A DNA stretch of 64,000 nucleotides from an uncultured delta proteobacterium (GTDB lineage Bacteria > Desulfobacterota > Desulfuromonadia > Desulfuromonadales > JACZKF01), in contig CAWFKQ010000010.1 of NCBI GenBank assembly GCA_963816395.1, positions 160,001-224,000 on the forward strand. Direction: 5' to 3'. Shown piece after piece: positions 34,282 through 43,682 of the stretch (positions are counted from its first letter, which is position 1; the number at the start of each line of letters is the position of its first letter). The translations under genes and the position numbers were made by a program. The notes under the pieces were generated by a model. It searched no databases and was not told the DNA's origin. It worked only from the letters and a program-made list of their open reading frames with translations.

Positions 34282-36699
34282 GTGCAACCTTACCGTCTGT
34301 CTCCGGAAGAGTTGTACTGGACCTGCGATCCTGCCCAGTTCGCTTTTGCCACCACCCGTGAGGTCCCCTGCCTGGAGGGGACGATCGGCCAGGACCGGGC
34401 TCTGACCGCCATCGAATTCGGCCTGGGGATCAAAAACGACGGCTTCAATATCTTCATCCTCGGTGAACCGGGGACGGGGCGTTCCTCTACCATCCAGCAG
34501 CTTCTGGAGCGGCGGGCCGCCGACCAGGCGGTGCCTGATGACTGGTGCTATCTCAATGACTTCGACGACGATACTCACCCACGTCATATTCATCTGCCGG
34601 CGGGCTGGGGAAGGGAACTGCACAAGGAGGTGGAGGACCTGATCGCCCGACTGGCAGAGGAGATACCAAAGGTTTTCGAGAGCAAGGAATACGAGGAAGC
34701 GAAAAACCGCATCTCCGAAGATTATCAGGAAAAAAACCGTAAGCGTTTCCAGACGCTGGATGAGCGAGTCAATCGCGAGGGTTTTACCTTGCAGCGAATG
34801 GTGAGCGGCTTGGTACTGGTGCCGATCAAAGATGAGCACCCCCTCTCCCAGCAGGAATACGAAGAACTCTCCAGTGAAGAAAAGGCGGTCCTCGACGAAA
34901 AGGGTAATCAGCTGAAGAGCCAGCTCAACGATGTAGTGCGAGAAATCCATCAGATCGAGGGCGAGATGCGTACCGCCATCGTCAGGGTGGAAAAAGATAT
35001 CTTGCTCAGCTCGGTGGCCCACCTGTTTGAGGGACTCGAGAAGAAATACGGTGAATTCCCAGAAGTGCTGGCCCACTTCGAACGTTGCAAGCTGGACATC
35101 CAGAATCGAATCGACGAGTTCCGGCCTTCCCAAGGACCACAGATCAACCTTCCGGGGCTTCGAACAGGCGGACAGGAGCCCTCATTCGACCGCTACCGCG
35201 TCAATCTTTTTATAGACAACAGCGAGTTGCAGGGAGCCCCTGTCATTTACGAAGCCAATCCGACCTATTTCAATCTGTTTGGCCGTATCGAGCACGTCAT
35301 ACAGATGGGAAATGCCATAACCAATTTCACCATGATCAAGTCGGGCGCCCTGCACCGGGCCAATGGCGGCTATCTGATTCTGGACTGTCGAGAGGTCCTG
35401 CTCAATATTTTCTCCTATGAGGCATTGAAGCGCTGCATCCGCAATCAGGAAATCAAGATCGAGGATATGGCCGAGCAGTTTCGCCTGATTGCCACCGTCT
35501 CCCTGAAGCCGAAGCCAATCCCCCTTAATTGCAAGATCGTGTTCATCGGAAATCCCTTGCTGTATTATCTTCTGTACCAACTTGATCCTGACTTCCGTAA
35601 ATATTTCAAGGTGAAGGCCGATTTCGATCGGATGATGAAGAATACCCAGGAAAACGTGCAGCGCTATGCCCATTTCGTTGCCACCAAATGCCATGAGGAA
35701 AATCTCCTCCCCTTCGACCCCTCCGGGGTCGCTCGCCTGGTCGAACATGCCGCCCGACTGGTGGAAGACAAAAACCGTCTCTCTTCCCGGTTCCTCGATC
35801 TCGCAGACTTGATTCGGGAAGCGGCCTATTACGCCGAGCGCGAAGGGCGGGAAATGGTCGGCCGAGTCCAGGTCAAACAGGCGATAGAGGCTAAGATCTA
35901 CCGTTCCAACAAGCTGGAGGAAAGGGTTCGGGAATTTATCGAGGAAGGAACGATCCTGGTGGATACCGCCGGGGAGGTGGTCGGCCAGGTGAACGGCCTC
36001 TCGGTTTTGCAGCTCGGGGATTATAGCTTCGGGCGCCCTTCCCGGGTCACCGTACGCACCTATCTGGGTAAGGGAGGCTTCGTCAATATCGAGCGGGAGG
36101 CCAATCTTTCCGGACCGATTCACGATAAGGGAGTTTTGATCCTGGGCGGATTTTTCGGCGAGCGCTTCGCCCGGGACAAGCCTCTGGCCCTGGCCGCTTC
36201 CATCGCTTTTGAGCAGTCCTATTCCGGAATTGAGGGAGACAGCGCCTCCTCAACCGAACTCTACGGCTTGATGTCCTCTCTCTCCGGGCTGCCGGTGCGG
36301 CAGGGGATTGCCGTCACCGGCTCAGTCAATCAGCGCGGCCAGGTCCAGCCCATCGGCGGGGTGAACGAGAAGATCGAGGGGTTCTATGCTGTCTGTCTGG
36401 CTAAGGGGCTGACCGGGGAGCAGGGGGTGGTCATCCCGGTGCAGAACATGAAGAATCTCATGCTGCGCGAGGAGGTCATTGATGCGGTGCGAGCCGGCCG
36501 GTTTCACATATGGGCGGTGGAGAGCGTCGACCATGGCATCGAGATTCTTACCGGTATGCCCGCCGGCGAACTTCAAGCTGATGGAAACTGGCCGGAAGGG
36601 ACGGTGAATTACCTGATCGACCGGCGCTTGCGGGAGATGGCCGAGGCTGCGCGCCGCTTCGGGGCAGGGAAGAAAGACGAGAGCGGAGAAGAAAGCTGA
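34282..36699 (+). CDS. Lon-like protease (LonC/YcbZ-type AAA plus S16 protease domain)
   Basis: IGQDRA, Walker A-like GEPGTGRS, GALHRANGGYL, GDSAS Ser and EKIEG Lys dyad. Confidence 0.9.
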   Translation: MQPYRLSPEELYWTCDPAQFAFATTREVPCLEGTIGQDRALTAIEFGLGIKNDGFNIFILGEPGTGRSSTIQQLLERRAADQAVPDDWCYLNDFDDDTHPRHIHLPAGWGRELHKEVEDLIARLAEEIPKVFESKEYEEAKNRISEDYQEKNRKRFQTLDERVNREGFTLQRMVSGLVLVPIKDEHPLSQQEYEELSSEEKAVLDEKGNQLKSQLNDVVREIHQIEGEMRTAIVRVEKDILLSSVAHLFEGLEKKYGEFPEVLAHFERCKLDIQNRIDEFRPSQGPQINLPGLRTGGQEPSFDRYRVNLFIDNSELQGAPVIYEANPTYFNLFGRIEHVIQMGNAITNFTMIKSGALHRANGGYLILDCREVLLNIFSYEALKRCIRNQEIKIEDMAEQFRLIATVSLKPKPIPLNCKIVFIGNPLLYYLLYQLDPDFRKYFKVKADFDRMMKNTQENVQRYAHFVATKCHEENLLPFDPSGVARLVEHAARLVEDKNRLSSRFLDLADLIREAAYYAEREGREMVGRVQVKQAIEAKIYRSNKLEERVREFIEEGTILVDTAGEVVGQVNGLSVLQLGDYSFGRPSRVTVRTYLGKGGFVNIEREANLSGPIHDKGVLILGGFFGERFARDKPLALAASIAFEQSYSGIEGDSASSTELYGLMSSLSGLPVRQGIAVTGSVNQRGQVQPIGGVNEKIEGFYAVCLAKGLTGEQGVVIPVQNMKNLMLREEVIDAVRAGRFHIWAVESVDHGIEILTGMPAGELQADGNWPEGTVNYLIDRRLREMAEAARRFGAGKKDESGEES

Positions 36700-36800
36700 G
36701 TCATACACTCTCTTGTTCCGCTTCTGGACCTTTTTTTTGGTGACCGCAGACGGAAAATTCGATTAAAATGACCGGGCATTCCTGCAAAAGGAAAGAATTT

Positions 36801-37944
36801 ATGTCCGACCATTTCCAACCTACTCGCTTCGCTCGCGCTGAGCGATCTTCCCCAGCCGATCTGCGGCGGCAGATCAATTATTTTTCCGAAGAAAACATCA
36901 CCCGCAGACTGCTTGATGCCGTCCCCAGCATCCTACTTATCCTCAATCAGCACCGGCAGGTAGTATACCTCAATCGGGCCTTGCTCGACCTGTTCGGCGT
37001 CGGGAGCGAGGAGTCCGTCTACGGCTCTCGGCCTGGGGAACTTCTGCACTGCATCAATGCCGGGCGCGAGCCGGGGGGGTGCGGCACCGCCGAGGTCTGC
37101 AGAGTTTGTGGCATGGTGGCCGCCATTCTCTCCGGCCTGGCTGGCCGCAAGGAAGTTCGCGAGTGCCGATTCCTGCGCTCGCAATGAAGGGAAAACGGAG
37201 GCACTGGATCTTTTGGTATGGGCGACTCCCCTGGAATTCCAGGGTGAGGCATTTACCGTCTTTGCGCTCAGCGACATCAGTCATGAGAAGCGGCGGCGGA
37301 CCTTGGAACGGATCTTTTTTCACGATGTCCTCAATGTCATCGGCAGCATCAAGGGACTTGCCGAACTGCTGCGGACCTATGATCCGGCGGACCGGCGGGA
37401 AATTTACAGCATGATCGAGGGTGCGGCCGAGCAGACGATCGACGAAATCGAGGCACAAAGGGTATTGACGGCCGCCGAAAGCAAGGAACTGCAGGTGCGG
37501 CCGGGGCCGCTCAGCACCCCCACCTTTCTTCGGCAGCTTATTGAGCTCTTCCTGCACCACGAAGCGGCCAGGGAGCGGCAGATCGTGCTGGCGGAACCGG
37601 TGCCGGAAGTAGGCCTCATCACCGACCGCACACTGCTGATCCGGATTCTCGGCAACATGCTCAAGAATGCCCTTGAAGCCTCCGGGCCGGGGGAGACGGT
37701 AACTGTTGCCGCCGCCAGCCGTGACGGGCGGATCGAATTCAGCGTGCACAACCGGGCGGTCATTCCGCCGCCGGTGCAGATGGAGATTTTCCAGCGTTCC
37801 TTCTCCACCAAAGGCAGCGGGCGTGGCCTGGGCACCTACAGCATGAAAGTGCTCAGCGAATTTCTGCAGGGCGAGGTCAGCTTCTCCAGCCGGGAAGGGG
37901 AAGGCACAACCTTCCGGGCCAATTTCCCGCGATCTCTTCCCTGA
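36801..37944 (+). CDS. Cytoplasmic sensor histidine kinase with Cys-rich PAS-like domain (frameshift ~37178)
   Basis: PAS-like start, CINAGREPGGCGTAEVCRVC, H-box FFHDVLN, N-box NMLKNALEA, FSTKGSGRGLG. Confidence 0.88.
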
Positions 37945-37972
37945 TCCCGATCCACTTCTGATTTTCCCTCTA

Positions 37973-38000
37973 TTGACAACCTCGAGCAACGACGTATCCT
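37973..38000 (+). promoter_or_regulatory. Putative sigma70 promoter of the ferritin-like gene
   Basis: TTGACA-N16-TATCCT. Confidence 0.5.
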
Positions 38001-38051
38001 TTTATTAAAGACTGGAAGAGTCATAAATTAAGTCGCGAGAAAGGGGATATA

Positions 38052-38580
38052 ATGCGAGTTCTTGATTTTGCCATAGAGATGGAGAGGAGCGGACGTGACT
38101 TCTTTCGCAGACTGGCGCAGCGGACCGAATAATGACGGGCCGAAGGCGATTTTCGACCGAATGGCCGATGATGAGGAGCGGCTTTTGCGTGTGTATCGGC
38201 ATCTGAGTGGGAAGAAACGGAATGAGCGGAAAGCTTCCCGTTTTCTGAACGCGAAGAGAAGCCCCTTCCTCAGCTTGGACGAGAAAAGTCTCCTGGAGTT
38301 GGAGGACGATCTGGCTGTTTACCGATGTCTGCTGAAAACGGAGGAGGAGAAGTGCCGCCTCTATGAGGAAGCCGCCCAGCGCGAGACAGATGAGGAGACT
38401 CGGGCACTGCTCCGACGGGTAGCTGAAGAGGAAGCAGGAGAGCTGCAGCAGTTGGAAAATATCCTCGATTTCACCAATGCCCCGAACGAGTACCTGGCGT
38501 GGGGCGAGTTCAGCAATCTGGATGAATTCCATAACTTCGGCCGTTACGAAGACAACCGGCGCTGCCGGCACACGGCCTGA
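38052..38580 (+). CDS. Ferritin-like/rubrerythrin-family protein (frameshift ~38127)
   Basis: MRVLDFAIEMERSGRDFFRRLA..AIFDRMADDEE; second half LKTEEEKCRLYEEAA..LLRRVAEEE. Confidence 0.8.
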
Positions 38581-38594
38581 AAAAAGCGGCGAGG

Positions 38595-38636
38595 GGAAAG
38601 CGTGGGCGATAGGCGATGGCCTTCGCCCATGCTTCC
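38595..38636. terminator. Hairpin between convergent genes (possibly bidirectional terminator)
   Basis: ggaaagcgtgggcga...tcgcccatgcttcc. Confidence 0.5.
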
Positions 38637-38637
38637 A

Positions 38638-39124
38638 TCAGGGGATGGGTATCAGGAAAACCGGCCTCTTGCTCTTGCGCATGACTTTCTCCGCAACACT
38701 GCCGAGGAAAGCGTGCGCCGACGGACCCCTTGCCATGGGAACCCATGACGATGACGTCCGCTTTCACTTGATCCGCCGTTTCCAGGATCTTGGCGACGGG
38801 GTGGCCGTGGACGACCTCGATGGTTACCAGCCGCTCTAAATCCTCGGGGAAATTGGCAAGCTCCTCTTCAGCGAATTTTTTCACATTTTTCCTGATTTCT
38901 CTCCAGGCATCTTCCTCATGTTGGGCCGCAAAATGCTCCAGACTCCCCTTGAGCATCAGCGCCGAGATGTAGCTGCGCATCGAGGCATCGATTTCGGGAA
39001 CAACATGCAGCAGGTGGATCCTCGCATCGTTGCGGCGGGCCATCATCACGGCATGCTTGAAGGCATGTACGGAATTCAGGCTGAGATCCGTCGCCACCAG
39101 GATGTCGGTATAATTGGGCAGCAT
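38638..39124 (-). CDS. Universal stress protein (frameshift ~38718)
   Basis: ILVATDLS, LLHVV, GHPVAKIL, ADVIVMGSHG, FLGSVAEKVMRKSKRPVFLIP. Confidence 0.92.
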
Positions 39125-39191
39125 GGCATTTCTCCTGCAGAGTTCCTATTTCCTGTTATGCATCGGTTTTCCCCGGAGCGGGCGGATACAG

Positions 39192-39220
39192 GAAAGGGGA
39201 GGCGTGAAGCCTCCCCTTTC
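39192..39220 (-). terminator. Hairpin after dctP
   Basis: gaaaggggaggc-gtgaa-gcctcccctttc. Confidence 0.6.
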
Positions 39221-39232
39221 TGCGGCAGTGGT

Positions 39233-40214
39233 TTATTTCCCGGCGTTCAGGGCACCTTCGATCAGGTCTTTGCCGATGCTGTCGTAGAATGCGGGATAAA
39301 TGGGCATCAGCTTGCTCTTCCAGGCTTTGCGTTGCTCCTGGGTCAGTTCGTGCACGGTAGTGGTGCCCGCCGCCTTGATGTCGGCCAGATATTTCACATC
39401 GAGATCCACGGCCAGTTTGTCGGCATATTCGGTTGCTTCCTTCATCGCCTGGCTGATGAGGTCGCGCTGCTTGTCGTTCAACTTGTTCCAGAAAAGCTTG
39501 TTGGTGACGACCATGTAACCGAGATAGCCATGATTGGAAATGGTCAGGTCTTTTTGCACCTCATAGAATTTCTTGGTGTAGAAATTGGACAGGGGGTTTT
39601 CCGCCGCGTCCACCACCCCCTGCTGCAGGGCGCTGTAGACTTCGGAGAAGGGAAGCACCTGCGGGTTGGCGTCCAGGGCCTTGAATTGGGCGTCGAGCAC
39701 CTTGGAAGACATGATGCGGAACTTCAGCCCGGCAGCATCCGCCGGCTTGATCAAGGGTTTGTCGGCGGAGAGCTGCTTGAAGCCGTTGTCCCAGTAGGCC
39801 AGGCCCACCATCCCCTTTTTCCCGACCATCCCGAGCAGCTTCTGCCCGACCTCGCCGTTCAGCACTTTGTGCAGAGTGATCAACATCGTTGAACAGGAAG
39901 GGCAGATCGAACAGCTCCAGTTGGGGAACAAAGGTGGTGAACTTGGAGAAGCTGGGGGCGGCCATCTGGATGGCGTTCATGGAAAGTGCCTCGAGCGCCT
40001 CACGGTCGTCATAGAGGGAAGCGTTGGGGTAGACTTCGACTTTGATATCGCCGTGCGAGCGTTCTTCCACCAGCTTCTTGAAGTACTCGGCCGCCTGTCC
40101 CTTGGGGGTGTCGACGGCGACCACATGGCTGAACTTGATGACCAGAGGCCCGGCGAAAGCCGGGGCGGCCGCCAGCAGGACAATGAGACAGACGATCAAT
40201 CCGAATTTGCGCAT
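39233..40214 (-). CDS. dctP: TRAP transporter substrate-binding protein (C4-dicarboxylate DctP-like) (frameshift ~39875)
   Basis: IKFSHVVAVDTPKG, FDLPFLF, WDNGFKQ, GLKFRI, FSEVYSALQQGVVDAAEN. Confidence 0.92.
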
Positions 40215-40289
40215 AACTTGTTTCCTCCTATCGTGGGGGTGTTTGGGGGACGGTTCGACAGCATCAGGACCGTCCGGTTGCCAATGATT

Positions 40290-41573
40290 TCAGCTGCCAT
40301 ACATCAGTTTCGGCAGCCAGAGGGAAACGGCTGGAACATAGGTGAGAATGATCAGGCCGACAAGGAGGGCAAAGAACCAGGGAATTGATGACTTGACAAC
40401 CTCGCCGAGCCCCAGCCCCGAGATGCCGCTGGCCACGAACAGGTTGAGGCCGACCGGCGGGGTCAGCATCCCGATCTCCATGTTGACGGTGATGATTACG
40501 CCGAGATGAATGGGGTCGATCCCCAGCTTCATGGCCACCGGGAAGATCAATGGGGCGATGATCATGATCAGACTGGAGGGTTCCATGAAGTTCCCAGCCA
40601 GCAGCAGCAGCAGGTTGACGAAGATCAGGAAGGTGAATTTACTGAGGTGCATGTCGATGATCCAGGCCGCCAGTTCCTGGGGAATCTGCTGGATGGTGAG
40701 CAGATAGGCGAAAATCATGGCGTTGGCGATAATGAACATGATCATCGCCGCCGTGGCGGCCGAGGCTTTGATTACCTCCGGAATCTGCTTCCAGGAAAGG
40801 TCCCGGTAAATGAACTTGACGACGAAGAAGCCATATACCGCCGATACGGCCGCAGCTTCGGTAGGGGTGAACAGACCGCCATAGATGCCGCCGATGATGA
40901 TGATGACGACGAACAGCCCCCAGATGGCGTCCTTGAAGGAAATCCAGACCTCCTGAAGCGATGCCCGCTGGCTGTGTTTGAAGCCGCCCCTTACGGCCGC
41001 GATATAGGTGACCACCATCAGCATGCCGCCGAGAAAGATGCCCGGTACCACGCCAGCCATGAAAAGCTTGCCGATCGACTGGTCGACGGTGACGCCGTAG
41101 ACGATGAGGATGATCGACGGCGGGATGAGAATCCCCAAGGAGCCGGCGCAGGCAATCGAGCCGACGGAGAAACTGTCGCTGTAGCCATCGTCGCGGATGG
41201 CGCCGATCATGATAGAACCGATGGCGGCCACCGTTGCCGGTGAGGAGCCGCTGACCGCTGCAAAGATGATGCAGGCGAAAATCGCGGACATCGGCAGGCC
41301 GCCCGGCAGGTGACCGACCAGTGCCCGGGCGAAACGTATAATCCGCTTTGCCGCCCCGCCCTGGGAGAGGAAGTTCCCCGCCAGAACGAACAGCGGGATC
41401 GCCATCAGGGCGAATTTATCCAGAGAGGTGAACATCTTCTGGGCGATGATCAGCGTCGGCTGATCGGTAAAGAGCAGCAGGGTGACGGTGGTCGACAGGC
41501 CCAGGGCAACGGCGATGGGAACCCCTAACAGCAGTAAGGCGAATAAAAGACCGAACAAAGACAGTGTGGCCAT
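40290..41573 (-). CDS. dctM: TRAP transporter large permease
   Basis: AIPLFVLAG, SGSSPAT, GILIPPS, FTPTEAA, LTPPVGLNLF. Confidence 0.95.
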   Translation of the reverse strand: MATLSLFGLLFALLLLGVPIAVALGLSTTVTLLLFTDQPTLIIAQKMFTSLDKFALMAIPLFVLAGNFLSQGGAAKRIIRFARALVGHLPGGLPMSAIFACIIFAAVSGSSPATVAAIGSIMIGAIRDDGYSDSFSVGSIACAGSLGILIPPSIILIVYGVTVDQSIGKLFMAGVVPGIFLGGMLMVVTYIAAVRGGFKHSQRASLQEVWISFKDAIWGLFVVIIIIGGIYGGLFTPTEAAAVSAVYGFFVVKFIYRDLSWKQIPEVIKASAATAAMIMFIIANAMIFAYLLTIQQIPQELAAWIIDMHLSKFTFLIFVNLLLLLAGNFMEPSSLIMIIAPLIFPVAMKLGIDPIHLGVIITVNMEIGMLTPPVGLNLFVASGISGLGLGEVVKSSIPWFFALLVGLIILTYVPAVSLWLPKLMYGS

Positions 41574-41577
41574 TATT

Positions 41578-42090
41578 TCAATGCTCCTTCATCACCATGT
41601 TGTAACTGAACTGGTCTTGCGGAACCCGCAGCGTCCGGAAGATCTTCAGGATTACCTGATAGGAGGCGATGCTCATCGAAATAGGCACGCTCATGTAGAT
41701 GATCCAGAAGGGGAGTTGCAGGTCGACTGACGCTTGTTCAAGTTCGTAATTGAAAACACAGAAGTTATACCCCCAGCAGATCAGGGCAATGAGGTAGATG
41801 AGAATGACGATCAAGCTGAAGGAAAGCACGTATTTGGCTATTCTTGGCTTCAGCTTCTGAATGACAATAGTTACCCCCAGGTGCATGCCGATCTTGAAAC
41901 CGTAGGCGGCGCCGAACAGGGCACTCCAGATAAACAGATAAGAGGTCAGTTCGCCCGCCCAGCTGAGGGAGGCATTGAACACGTAACGCAGCACCACATT
42001 GATGAAGGCCACCAGGGTAGCCAGAGACATGGTAAACATCATTACGGCGGTGCTGAAGATTTCCAGATATCGGTCCAGTTTATTGAACAT
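41578..42090 (-). CDS. dctQ: TRAP transporter small permease
   Basis: Four TMs, NVVLRY, WAGEL..LFIW, GAAYG..HLGV. Confidence 0.92.
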   Translation of the reverse strand: MFNKLDRYLEIFSTAVMMFTMSLATLVAFINVVLRYVFNASLSWAGELTSYLFIWSALFGAAYGFKIGMHLGVTIVIQKLKPRIAKYVLSFSLIVILIYLIALICWGYNFCVFNYELEQASVDLQLPFWIIYMSVPISMSIASYQVILKIFRTLRVPQDQFSYNMVMKEH

Positions 42091-42248
42091 CAGGTACCCT
42101 CGATTCTAGAATTGCAGTGTAAATGGGCCGGGAACTCTGCGCCGGCCGGGTTCGTGGCCGGAGAGATTTTTCAGGAAAGCATGGCAACTCCTTCTTTGCT
42201 GAAACTGCGATCAAATGATGTTCGGAATGGTTCGAAGAGGAGGTAATC

Positions 42249-42263
42249 GCAAGGAGGATGCCA
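42249..42263 (-). promoter_or_regulatory. sigma54 promoter of the dctQMP-usp operon
   Basis: Minus strand TGGCATC-CTCC-TTGC, near-consensus -24/-12. Confidence 0.8.
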
Positions 42264-42513
42264 CTTCTAAAATAGCGTTCTCTTCTCTTTGGCCTTGGAT
42301 TATTGCTTTGAAGTTGTAGTGACTTACCTCATATTGTGTGCGGAGAACGTCTCCTGGTAGTGGCCGAAAATGGCCATTGGCGGCGAAAATATGCCGATGT
42401 CACGGGGGCGGCAGAAAAGGATAAAACGGAATTTGTCTTTTCCGGCATCAGCTATTTACCAGAGTAAACCTTGAGAAAGGAATAATATTCTGTGTATCGA
42501 GAGCTCGAGTCTC

Positions 42514-42543
42514 TTGACACCTATAGGGAGAATTCTGTATTAG
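42514..42543 (+). promoter_or_regulatory. Putative sigma70 promoter of ispE
   Basis: TTGACA-N18-TATTAG. Confidence 0.45.
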
Positions 42544-42565
42544 GGTGGGAGAAAGGGGAATGCCG

Positions 42566-43429
42566 ATGATGACTCGTACCTGTCTGGCTCCGGCCAAAAT
42601 CAATCTGTACCTGCAGGTGTGCGGCCGGCGGGCTGACGGCTATCACGATTTGGGTATGGTCATGCAGTGCGTTTCCCTATATGATCGCCTGGAAATCGCC
42701 CTGAAGGGCGAACCGGGAGTGCGGGTTGTCTGCCCGGGGCTCCCGATGCCGGAAGGGGAGGAGAATATCGCTTCCCGCGCCGCTCGTCGTCTGCTGCAGC
42801 TGGCAGGAAAGGAGGTCGGGGTCGAAATCTGCATCGAAAAGCAGATTCCGGTGGCGGCCGGGCTGGGTGGCGGTTCCTCGGATGCGGCGGCCGTACTCAT
42901 GGCGCTTAATCAGATGCTCGGCCTCCACCTCGATCGGAAAGTTCTTATGGCCGAAGGCGTCCAGCTCGGCGCCGATGTTCCTTTCTTTCTTTTCCAGCAG
43001 TCTGCCTGGGCCACTGGGATAGGCGAAGTGCTGAAACCCTTCCATCTGCCCCCCGCCTGGTATCTCCTGGTCAATCCGGGGCTTGCCGTCTCCACCGCCT
43101 GGGTGTATCGAAATTTGGGGTTGACTTCCCCCGGGCCGGCAGCTAAAATGCCGGGGTTTCCCAAGGCGATAGCTGGTTTGGCGGGACTGCTCCACAATGA
43201 CCTGGAGCGGGTCACCGTGGGCCGTTATCCTCTGCTGTCGGCGATCAAGGAACAGCTTCTGGCGGCCGGTGCCGCGGGTGCCCTGATGTCCGGTAGCGGG
43301 CCGACCGTATTCGGGGTTTTTGCCCGGGAAGATGCGGCCCGGCAGGCCGGCACCGAATTTGCTCAAGCCCATCCGGACTGGCGAATCTTCGTTGCCCAGC
43401 CGATAGGAGAGTCAGGCGGAGGCTCCTGA
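42566..43429 (+). CDS. ispE: 4-diphosphocytidyl-2-C-methyl-D-erythritol kinase
   Basis: APAKINL, IPVAAGLGGGSSDAA, LGADVPFF, MSGSGPTVF. Confidence 0.97.
   Translation: MMTRTCLAPAKINLYLQVCGRRADGYHDLGMVMQCVSLYDRLEIALKGEPGVRVVCPGLPMPEGEENIASRAARRLLQLAGKEVGVEICIEKQIPVAAGLGGGSSDAAAVLMALNQMLGLHLDRKVLMAEGVQLGADVPFFLFQQSAWATGIGEVLKPFHLPPAWYLLVNPGLAVSTAWVYRNLGLTSPGPAAKMPGFPKAIAGLAGLLHNDLERVTVGRYPLLSAIKEQLLAAGAAGALMSGSGPTVFGVFAREDAARQAGTEFAQAHPDWRIFVAQPIGESGGGS
43121..43149 (+). promoter_or_regulatory. Internal sigma70 promoter within ispE (for tRNA-Gln/prs)
   Basis: TTGACT-N17-TAAAAT followed by a GC-rich discriminator. Confidence 0.6.
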
Positions 43430-43469
43430 AACAAGGAGAATCATCGTCTGTGCCTGTAGACTGAAATAT

Positions 43470-43544
43470 TGGGGCGTCGCCAAGCGGTAAGGCACCGGAT
43501 TTTGATTCCGGCATACCCAGGTTCGAATCCTGGCGCCCCAGCCA
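43470..43544 (+). tRNA. tRNA-Gln (TTG)
   Basis: TGGGGCGTCGCCAAGCGGTAAGGCA-ccgga-ttTTGat-tccgg...GTTCGAATCC...CCA; canonical ispE-tRNAGln-prs position. Confidence 0.97.
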
Positions 43545-43682
43545 CTTACCAGCATTCTTCAGCGCCGGCCGCCGGCGGCCTCCCCCGGGGAGTGTCGCCG
43601 ATCTTCCGAATTCAATTCTCCGGCTAGGTCATGGGTTCGCCATGACCTACAGTTTTTCCAGCAGCAGGATAGGCGGGATTGC

